A DNA stretch of 64,000 bases, taken from NCBI GenBank assembly GCA_016927535.1, contig JAFGMM010000090.1, positions 118-64,117 of the forward strand. Reading direction: 5' to 3'. Made by a program: the position numbers and the translations under genes. The first letter of the stretch is position 1; the number at the start of each line of letters is the position of its first letter. The notes beneath the pieces were generated by a model. The model did not search any database. It had not been told where the DNA came from and was given only the letters and a program-made list of their open reading frames with translations. Positions 36,987 to 44,861 of the stretch are shown piece by piece. This stretch comes from Anaerolineae bacterium (GTDB lineage: Bacteria; Chloroflexota; Anaerolineae; Aggregatilineales; JAFGMM01).

Positions 36987-39900
36987 ATGACAAGAGATTT
37001 TTTGATCGGACGCCAACTGGCTAATTTTCGCATTGACCGCTTCGTTGGCGGCGGCGGCATGGCCCAGGTGTATTACGGTTGGGATGTGAAGTTGGCGCGC
37101 CCGGTGGCGGTAAAGGTAATCGACGCGCGCTACCGGGGCAACCCGGCCTATGCCGAGCGCTTCGTGCGCGAAGCGCGCACTGTGGCAACCTGGCGGCACG
37201 ACAGCATCGTACAGGTCTACTACGCCGACGAAGAAGACGATCTATATTATTTCGTCATGGAATACATCGACGGCGTTTCGCTGGCCGACCGGCTGGCCGA
37301 ATACACCGCTCAGCGCCGTTTGATACCGCACGCCGAGGTCCTGCGCATCGGTCGGCGGGTCGCCAGCGCACTGGACTACGCGCACCAGCGCGGCGTTATT
37401 CACCGCGATGTCAAGCCTGCCAACGTCATGCTCGCCTCCGATGGGCGCGTCTTACTCACCGACTTCGGCCTGGCGCTTGATCTGCACCAGGGGTCGGTAG
37501 GCGAGGTATTCGGCACCGCCCACTATATCGCGCCGGAGCAGGCCCGCCGCTCCTCCCAGGCGGTACCCCAGAGCGACCTGTATTCGCTGGGTGTGATGCT
37601 CTACCAAATGCTCACCGGCTACGTCCCGTTCGACGATCCTTCTATTACCAGCGTAGCGCTGCAACATGTCATGCAGCCCCCGCCGCCGCCGCGCCGGCTT
37701 AACCCGAATCTGAGCGAGGCGGTGGAGCAGGTATTGGCGCGGGCGCTGTCGAAGGACCCCGCCGACCGCTACCCGGACGGCGCTGCGCTGGTAGACGCAC
37801 TGGATGCGGCGCTGCGCGCGGGCGGCGAGATATCAACGCACGATACCACGCTGCCCGACGAGACCGACAAGCCGGCGGCGCGCGCGCCGCAGCACGAGCC
37901 GGCCGGCGCGCGCCCGGCTGACGACCTGGTAGGGCAGATGCTCGACGAGTACCGGCTCGATGAACTGCTGGGACGCGGCGGGATGGCTCGAGTCTACCGG
38001 GCGCACGATACGCGCCTCGAACGCCCGGCGGCGATCAAAGTGATCGACGCACCTTTCCGCACGTCGCCGGAATATGTCAAACGCTTCCAGCGCGAGGCCC
38101 AAGCCATCGCCCGGCTGGAACACCCGAATATCGTGCGCATCTACCGGTCCGGCGAGGCGCAGGGCTTGTTGTACATGGCGATGCAGTTCATCGAGGGCAC
38201 CGACCTGAGCCGGCTGCTGGCCCGGTATAAGGCCGAGGGCCACTTTATCGCACTGGATGCCGCCGCGCAAATCGTGCGGCAGGTGGGCGCAGCGCTGGAC
38301 TACGCCCACCAACATGAGGTCGTTCACCGCGATATCAAGCCGGCGAATATCATGTGCGATCAAGAGGGCAAGGTCATCGTGACCGATTTCGGGTTGGCGC
38401 TGCTCAGCCACCGGGGAACGCGCGGCGAGGTGTTCGGCACGCCGCACTACATCGCGCCGGAGCAGGCGATTTCTTCGGCCAATGCCACCCCGCTCAGCGA
38501 CCTTTACGCGCTGGGTGTGATCCTATACGAAATGGTGACCGGGCGGGTGCCGTTCGACGCCCCGGAGCCGCTCGAGATTGCCATGATGCACGTGCAGGAT
38601 ACGCCTACGCCCCCGCGCGAACTGCGCCCAGACATCGGCCAGGCATTGAACGACGTGATCTTAAAAGCGTTGGGGAAGGAGCCGGGCGCCCGCTATCCCA
38701 CCGGCGCGGCGCTCGCCGATGCGCTCGATGCGGCGCGGGCAGCCGGCGCATCGCCGGAACCGGCCCAGGCGAAGCTTGCCAGGCCCAAGCGCCCGCTGCC
38801 TCCTGCGCCGGCGCCCGTCCAGCGCTATTCGACGACCGCGCCGGGTCAGGAGACATCGGCGCTGGCCTCCTTGCCCTCGGATGGCGCCGCGCCGGCGCTG
38901 CCCAGGCGTTTGACCGGCCTTGTGATGATCGCCGTGGTCGGCGTCGTCATAGGGATCGCGGTCATTGCGGCGCTGGCCCTAGGCGGCAGGATGACAGCGG
39001 CGCAGCCGACGGCGACCATGACCACGACTGCCGCGCCCAGTTCGACCACCACGCCGACGGCGACCATAACCGAAATGGCAGTAGCGCCGCCGGTAGAGCC
39101 GGGCGCGACCTCGACGCCAAGTGCAGCCGCGACCTCGACGCCGGCTGCCACAGCCACCGGTACGCCCACGCCTACGCCGTCGCCATCGTCCACGTTCACG
39201 CCATCCCCACCACCGACCACGCCGCCGACCGCCACGCCGCCCCCGACTGTGACCCGGGTTTCGTTCGACCTGCCGTATGCCATTGATCTATCGGAGACCG
39301 ACCCGCTCGCCGGGTGGCAGTACGAGCCGGAGGCGTGGTGGGTGATGCAGCCCAACGGCGGCGATGCATTCCTCTCGGCGGCGGGCGGCCCGGAGAACCT
39401 GGCGGTGGTCTTGGGTGATATTTACCCGGTGTGGGAAGCATACAAGCGAACCGGGCTGCTCGTTGGGATGCGCTTCCGGCTGCCGTCATCTAGCGTGATG
39501 GGGCGTATTCTGCTGCTGGACACCGATGGCACCGGGTATGGCATTCGTCTTGTTGATGAAGGGATGACGCTGCGCCGCCTGAGTCTACCGGAGTACGCGC
39601 AAAATCTGAACCAGGGGACGGTGCTGGGAACCTGGGCGAGCGTGCGCATCGACCGGTGGCATGATCTATTGATCTGGATCAAAGATGAGACGATCATCCT
39701 CTACCTGGACCAATACCCCGGCATCGTTTGGACGGACATGACGCTGAACGAGTTGAGCCGGATCGTTTTGCAGGCCCAGGGCAACTGGCAGATCGACGAC
39801 ATACAGGTGATCGAGCCGGAAGCGCCCAGCGAGCATTTTGAGACGCTGCAATGGCCGGATACCTGGGATGCGGTCGGCGTGGCGGATCTGTTCAACAAGG

Positions 39901-40334
39901 GGACGCCGCCCAACCCGGCGGCCCGGCTGGGCAATGTGACCGTGACGCTCGACATGCCCCCGATCCGGGATGTGGCGCTCTCGTGCCAGGTATGGGGCGG
40001 GCAGGGCGGCTTCCAAATTCGGATGCGCGACGGGCAAGACGGCGCGTTCGTCTTCGATTTTGACGCCGGGCAGATGACCATGCGCCAGTTCGACGCCGAC
40101 GGCGAAGAGGTCTTCAGCAAGCAGGACAGCCGCTATTTCTACAACTACACCGAGTGGCATGTCGTCACGATCAAAATCATCGGAGGACATGTGTGGGTGT
40201 ATTCCGACGATGTGTTGTATTACGATATCGAGCGCCCCAGACCGCCCGATAAAGGGTTGGTCCGCTTTGTGACCGGCCCAAGCGACGCGGTGTGGCTCGA
40301 TAACTGTTTGATCTATAAGCCGGTCGCGCCGTAA
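36987..40334 (+). CDS. Receptor Ser/Thr kinase with two tandem kinase domains, TM, Thr/Pro linker and extracellular beta-sandwich (lectin/DUF1080-like) domains
   Basis: Two full motif sets: GGGGMAQVY/VAVK/HRDVKPAN/DFG/APE and GRGGMARVY/AAIK/HRDIKPAN/DFG/APE. Confidence 0.93.
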   Translation: MTRDFLIGRQLANFRIDRFVGGGGMAQVYYGWDVKLARPVAVKVIDARYRGNPAYAERFVREARTVATWRHDSIVQVYYADEEDDLYYFVMEYIDGVSLADRLAEYTAQRRLIPHAEVLRIGRRVASALDYAHQRGVIHRDVKPANVMLASDGRVLLTDFGLALDLHQGSVGEVFGTAHYIAPEQARRSSQAVPQSDLYSLGVMLYQMLTGYVPFDDPSITSVALQHVMQPPPPPRRLNPNLSEAVEQVLARALSKDPADRYPDGAALVDALDAALRAGGEISTHDTTLPDETDKPAARAPQHEPAGARPADDLVGQMLDEYRLDELLGRGGMARVYRAHDTRLERPAAIKVIDAPFRTSPEYVKRFQREAQAIARLEHPNIVRIYRSGEAQGLLYMAMQFIEGTDLSRLLARYKAEGHFIALDAAAQIVRQVGAALDYAHQHEVVHRDIKPANIMCDQEGKVIVTDFGLALLSHRGTRGEVFGTPHYIAPEQAISSANATPLSDLYALGVILYEMVTGRVPFDAPEPLEIAMMHVQDTPTPPRELRPDIGQALNDVILKALGKEPGARYPTGAALADALDAARAAGASPEPAQAKLARPKRPLPPAPAPVQRYSTTAPGQETSALASLPSDGAAPALPRRLTGLVMIAVVGVVIGIAVIAALALGGRMTAAQPTATMTTTAAPSSTTTPTATITEMAVAPPVEPGATSTPSAAATSTPAATATGTPTPTPSPSSTFTPSPPPTTPPTATPPPTVTRVSFDLPYAIDLSETDPLAGWQYEPEAWWVMQPNGGDAFLSAAGGPENLAVVLGDIYPVWEAYKRTGLLVGMRFRLPSSSVMGRILLLDTDGTGYGIRLVDEGMTLRRLSLPEYAQNLNQGTVLGTWASVRIDRWHDLLIWIKDETIILYLDQYPGIVWTDMTLNELSRIVLQAQGNWQIDDIQVIEPEAPSEHFETLQWPDTWDAVGVADLFNKGTPPNPAARLGNVTVTLDMPPIRDVALSCQVWGGQGGFQIRMRDGQDGAFVFDFDAGQMTMRQFDADGEEVFSKQDSRYFYNYTEWHVVTIKIIGGHVWVYSDDVLYYDIERPRPPDKGLVRFVTGPSDAVWLDNCLIYKPVAP

Positions 40335-40359
40335 TTGATTTCTATTTTCGACCGCGTAT

Positions 40360-41061
40360 ATGCCGCGCCCGGCACCGGAGAGAAGCTTGATTTCACGACA
40401 AACACTGGTCCGATACCTCCCCGCTTTGGGTTTCGCACTGGCGCTGCTGGCGTGCTATCTGCCGTGGATTGCGCACCCGGCGGCGGCGCTGGCGCCCAAT
40501 GCCTTTGACCTGGCAGAGTGGGCCGGCCTGCACCCGGCGGAGCGCTACGGCGCGCCGCCGCTGGTGACGCCGGGGCTGCTGCGGCTGGCGGTGGCGTTTT
40601 GCGGCGCGGGGTTGGCGTTTAGTGTACCGTGGGGCTGGGCGCCGGGGTTGTGGGTCGCGGCGACGCTGCTGCCGCCGCTCGATTTCTTTCGCAATGCGGG
40701 CGAAGACCCCAACTTCCGGCAGATGTTCGTGATCGCGGTCGGCGCAGCGGTCGGGGTGTTGGCGTCGCGTCTGCCCCGGCGCGTGCAGGATTGGCCGGTG
40801 ATTGCGACGGCGGCGCTGGGCGGCCTGGCCGCGATGACCGGGCTGGTGCGCGCAAAGACGCTGGTTGACGACATGTACGGCGCGGGCGTTGGCATCGGTG
40901 GGCCGCTGGCGCTGCTGGGGTTTCTCTTGGCGATTGGAGGCGCGCTGCTGTGGGAGGGGGCGCGTCAGTCGCCGGAGAGCACAGAGGTCGCTACCGGCGA
41001 CGGCTCCGGCGTGGGCGTGGGCCGGCAGACGGCCGGCCGAGATATCTCCCCGACCGGTTGA
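40360..41061 (+). CDS. Hypothetical membrane protein
   Basis: Multiple TM segments; LPW...AFDLAEW..LHP motif; 19 bp-scale gap after the kinase gene suggests co-transcription. Confidence 0.7.
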   Translation: MPRPAPERSLISRQTLVRYLPALGFALALLACYLPWIAHPAAALAPNAFDLAEWAGLHPAERYGAPPLVTPGLLRLAVAFCGAGLAFSVPWGWAPGLWVAATLLPPLDFFRNAGEDPNFRQMFVIAVGAAVGVLASRLPRRVQDWPVIATAALGGLAAMTGLVRAKTLVDDMYGAGVGIGGPLALLGFLLAIGGALLWEGARQSPESTEVATGDGSGVGVGRQTAGRDISPTG

Positions 41062-41816
41062 TTGAGTCCGCTGAGTTCGTAATACAACTTGACGGTACCG
41101 TGCGCGCTGCGCTGGCCCGGCACGTAGCCCTCGCCTTGCAGATCCACCCGCACAATGTGCGCGCCCCGGTCGGCGACCAGGATATCCAGCGCGGCGTGTT
41201 GCAGCGTAGCGGTGCTGAAGTCCTCGGCGCGGAAGCGCCAGGTCGGCGCGCCGCCGACCGACGGCCCCGGCCCGACCAGGGTCAGACGGGGCGCTTCGTT
41301 TGGTTGGAAGAGCATTTCAGGGCGCAGGATATTGTACGCCAGCGGGTCGAACAGATTGATCGGCTGGGGCAGGCAGTTGGCCTCGCCGGTGGTGATGTAA
41401 TCGACGCCGGCGAGGTAAGTCTTGCCGAACGTGCCAATTTCGTCGAAGCTGCCAAACACGCCCGGATCGCCGGTGACCGTGATCTGGTTAACGGCGGCCG
41501 GCGGTCCCAAGTCGACGCGCGCCTGCATATTCAATGTGCCCCGGCGCGCCTCCCCGCCGACCATCCCATCAAAGGATAGAGTGAACATGGCTCGATAGGT
41601 CAGCAGATCGGTGAAGCTGACACCGCTGTAGACGAAAGTATCGGGCGCACCGAGGCCGGCGCGCACGGTCATAGTCGCCGCCTGGTCGATATCGACCGGC
41701 GTCGGCGTCGGTTCCGGCGTGCAGCCGGCAGCAATCAGCGCAAGCGCGCCCAGCAGCGCCGCGCATAAAGACGAAAACCATACGAAAAAGCGGGACAGCA
41801 GCGATTGCGTTGGCAA
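40965..41816 (-). CDS. Putative lipoprotein (LolA/LppX-like)
   Basis: Lipobox-like IAAG-C after a hydrophobic stretch; TTG start at 41816 avoids overlap with acpP. Confidence 0.6.
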   Translation of the reverse strand: MPTQSLLSRFFVWFSSLCAALLGALALIAAGCTPEPTPTPVDIDQAATMTVRAGLGAPDTFVYSGVSFTDLLTYRAMFTLSFDGMVGGEARRGTLNMQARVDLGPPAAVNQITVTGDPGVFGSFDEIGTFGKTYLAGVDYITTGEANCLPQPINLFDPLAYNILRPEMLFQPNEAPRLTLVGPGPSVGGAPTWRFRAEDFSTATLQHAALDILVADRGAHIVRVDLQGEGYVPGQRSAHGTVKLYYELSGLNQPVGEISRPAVCRPTPTPEPSPVATSVLSGD

Positions 41817-41868
41817 GCGTGCCCCGCTCTTTACCTGTCGCCTCATCCAGACGGGCCGCAGCCGGCTC

Positions 41869-42159
41869 CTAACCTTCGTCTTCTTCAGCTTGTTCGGCCT
41901 TGTGCGCCTCAAGCTGCGCCATGATGTACTCGACGACCTCGCCCACGGTTAAGATGCTCTGGGCTTCTTCGTCGGAGATTTCGCCGCCAAATTCGTCTTC
42001 GACCGCCATAATCAACTCAACGAGGTCGAGCGAGTCGGCTTCGAGGTCTTCGCGGAAGCGCGCTTCTGGCACGACTTTTTCTTCATCGACGCCGAGCAAA
42101 TCGACGACGATTTCTTTGATTTTGACCTCGATTTCCTCCCTGGTCAGTTCTTCGCTCAT
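41869..42159 (-). CDS. acpP: Acyl carrier protein
   Basis: [21 protein letters not shown]. Confidence 0.97.
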   Translation of the reverse strand: MSEELTREEIEVKIKEIVVDLLGVDEEKVVPEARFREDLEADSLDLVELIMAVEDEFGGEISDEEAQSILTVGEVVEYIMAQLEAHKAEQAEEDEG

Positions 42160-42309
42160 ATGATGTCCTCCAAAAGGCGATATGATATTAAAGCTACGCG
42201 GGCGTGATTATACCCATAAGTCGGTTATAGCCAAATGCCGCGCTTGACACCGCCGCCGCCGATTGGGTACGATAGCGCCCACTCACCATACATAAAGGAA
42301 CACTGCCTC

Positions 42310-43362
42310 ATGCCGGAAGTTATGAAGCCCGGCGCCCGCGCGGCACAGACCGAGCGCCGCAAGGTCGATCACATCCGCATCAACCTGGAAGAAGATGTCC
42401 GGTTCCCACGCCTCACGACCGGGCTGGAGCGCTATCGCTTCCTCCATCAAGCCGTGCCCGAACTGGATCTGGCCGAGATCGACACCACGCTGACGCTCTT
42501 TGGGCGCCGGCTCGACGCGCCCTTGCTCATCTCCTCGATGACCGGGGGAACCGCCGAAGCGCAACAGATCAACGAAAACCTGGCGCGCGCCGCGCAGGAC
42601 GCGGGCATTGCAATAGGCGTAGGCAGCCAGCGCGCCGCCATCGAGAACCCGGCGCTTGCCGCGACCTATCAAGTGCGGCATGTGGCGCCGGATGTGCTGC
42701 TCTTTGCCAACGTGGGCGCGGTGCAGCTTAACTACGGCTACACAGTAGAGCACCTGCGGCGCGCAGTCGATATGATCGAGGCCGACGCACTGATTCTGCA
42801 CTTCAACGCGCTGCAAGAGGCCGTGCAGCCCGAAGGCGACGGCAACTTCAAAGGGCTGCTGGCGAAGATCGAGAAGGCGTGCCGGGCGCTGCCGGTGCCG
42901 GTGATCGCCAAAGAGGTCGGCTGGGGCTTCTCAACCGAGGCGGCGCGCGCGCTCGCCGGGGTGGGCGTGGCAGCGATTGACGTGGCCGGGGCGGGCGGCA
43001 CTTCGTGGAGCGAGGTGGAATATCACCGCGCGCCGAATGCCTTTCACGCGCGGGTGGCGCGCAGCTTTGCCGACTGGGGTATTCCCACCGCCGAGAGCAT
43101 CCAGATGGTACGAGCGGGCGCGCCGGGCCTGCCGGTTTTCGCCAGCGGTGGCCTGGAGGACGGTATCGACGTGGCGAAGTGCATCGCGCTGGGCGCGTGC
43201 CTGGGCGGGATGGCGGGGCGGTTCCTCAAGGCAGCGGTGGTCTCTGCCGAGCAGGTGGGCGAAGTGATCCGAGAGGTGCGCGCGCAGCTCTGTATTGCCA
43301 TGTTCGCGGCCGGCGCGCGCGATCTCAGTGCACTGCAAGAGACGCGGTTGGTGCGGGTTTAA
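42310..43362 (+). CDS. fni: Type 2 isopentenyl-diphosphate delta-isomerase
   Basis: [43 protein letters not shown]. Confidence 0.96.
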   Translation: MPEVMKPGARAAQTERRKVDHIRINLEEDVRFPRLTTGLERYRFLHQAVPELDLAEIDTTLTLFGRRLDAPLLISSMTGGTAEAQQINENLARAAQDAGIAIGVGSQRAAIENPALAATYQVRHVAPDVLLFANVGAVQLNYGYTVEHLRRAVDMIEADALILHFNALQEAVQPEGDGNFKGLLAKIEKACRALPVPVIAKEVGWGFSTEAARALAGVGVAAIDVAGAGGTSWSEVEYHRAPNAFHARVARSFADWGIPTAESIQMVRAGAPGLPVFASGGLEDGIDVAKCIALGACLGGMAGRFLKAAVVSAEQVGEVIREVRAQLCIAMFAAGARDLSALQETRLVRV

Positions 43363-43411
43363 GCGTTAGGCTTTCTAACCACGAATCACACAAATAACAC
43401 GAACCCAAAAG

Positions 43412-43621
43412 CCGGAGCGCGCGCCGGAAAAACCCGGCGGGTTTATGGACCAGATCGGAGCGCTGCTCAGACAGCCGGGTAAGGCGACCGCCGACGCTTT
43501 CTGCCACTGCATCGCCGCGTACCGTGACTGGGGCGTGAGCTTCGGGGAGGCGGTCAACCGGTTTATGGCGGATAGCGAGGGGAACCGGCGCAATGGCCGC
43601 CCGCCGCTGCCGGACTGGTAG
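43412..43621 (+). pseudogene. Probable C-terminal gene fragment (ERAPEKP...FMADSE...PPLPDW*)
   Basis: Protein-like open frame with no RBS, starting right after an ACCACGAATCACACAAATAACACGAA repeat-like tract. Confidence 0.45.
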
Positions 43622-43700
43622 ACATATTAGGAATAATTCACGTTTGCCGCCGTTTCCTGTATAGTTGGTTTCACCAACGACGCAAACGAGGTGAAACACC

Positions 43701-44711
43701 GTGGACCTAGAGAGCTATACTGCCCGGTATCTGCCGTCGATTGAACAGGAAATGGTGCGCGTCTTTGATTATCTGCCGGCCGGCCCGGAGGCCTACGGGA
43801 TGATGCTGCGCTACCATCTGGGCTGGACCGATCCCGAAGGGCCGCGCGGCAAGCGCGCCCGCCCGCTGCTGCTGCTGCTCTGCGCGCTGGCGGCCGGCGG
43901 CGAGGCGGCGGCAATGGACGCGATGCCGGCGGCGGCGGCGGTGGAACTGCTGCACAATTTCTCGCTGATCCATGACGACATCCAAGATGCGAGCAAGACG
44001 CGCCGGGGCCGCCCGACCGTCTGGACGATCTGGGGCACGGCGCAGGCGATCAACGCCGGCGACGCGATGTACGCGCTGGCACACCGGGCGATGCACCGGC
44101 TGGCCGAGCGCGGCGTCGATGCCGGACGGGTGCTGGAAGCGTACCGCCTGTTTACCGACACCTGTCTGGTGCTGACCCTGGGCCAGCACATGGACCTGGA
44201 CTTTGAGGAACGCAGCAGCGCAAGCATGGACGAATATATGACAATGATCGGCGCGAAATCGGCGGCGCTGATCGCGGCCAGCGCGGAGATCGGCGCGGTG
44301 GTCGGCGGCGCTGATGGGAAGACGCGCGCGCACTACGCCGAGTTTGGCCGCAGCCTGGGGCTGGCGTTTCAGATTCGGGATGACATCCTGGGCATCTGGG
44401 GCGACGAAGCGGTGACCGGCAAATCGGCGCGCTCCGATATTGTAGCGCGCAAGAAGTCCTTGCCGGTGATTTACGCGCTGGAACGCTCGCAAGCGCTGCG
44501 CGATCTGTATGCGGAGCCGGCATTCACCGAGGAGCAGGTCGATCAAGCGGTGATGCGGGTCGAGGAGACTGGCGCGCGCGTCTACGCCGAGACGCAGGAG
44601 AGCCGCGCACACGGCGCTGCGCTGACGGCGCTGAGGGCGGCGAACCCGGCGCCCGAACCGGCGGCGGCGCTCACCGAACTGGCAGCGCGGCTGCTGAAGC
44701 GAGAGCGATAA
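43701..44711 (+). CDS. Polyprenyl diphosphate synthase (GGPP synthase, IdsA-like)
   Basis: GKRARP, HNFSLIHDDIQD, RRGRPT, GQHMD, FQIRDDILG. Confidence 0.95.
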   Translation: MDLESYTARYLPSIEQEMVRVFDYLPAGPEAYGMMLRYHLGWTDPEGPRGKRARPLLLLLCALAAGGEAAAMDAMPAAAAVELLHNFSLIHDDIQDASKTRRGRPTVWTIWGTAQAINAGDAMYALAHRAMHRLAERGVDAGRVLEAYRLFTDTCLVLTLGQHMDLDFEERSSASMDEYMTMIGAKSAALIAASAEIGAVVGGADGKTRAHYAEFGRSLGLAFQIRDDILGIWGDEAVTGKSARSDIVARKKSLPVIYALERSQALRDLYAEPAFTEEQVDQAVMRVEETGARVYAETQESRAHGAALTALRAANPAPEPAAALTELAARLLKRER

Positions 44712-44861
44712 GGGGATACTCCGGTTTCGGCCAAGTTGCCTCGGATATGTTACAGTTGTCTAAGCGCGCCTTTTATGGCACGATAGAGACTGAGGTTGTC
44801 GTCTATGATCTCCTCGCGTCTTTAAGACGGTCAAGAGTTCAAGTTTCCCTTAGAACACGAG

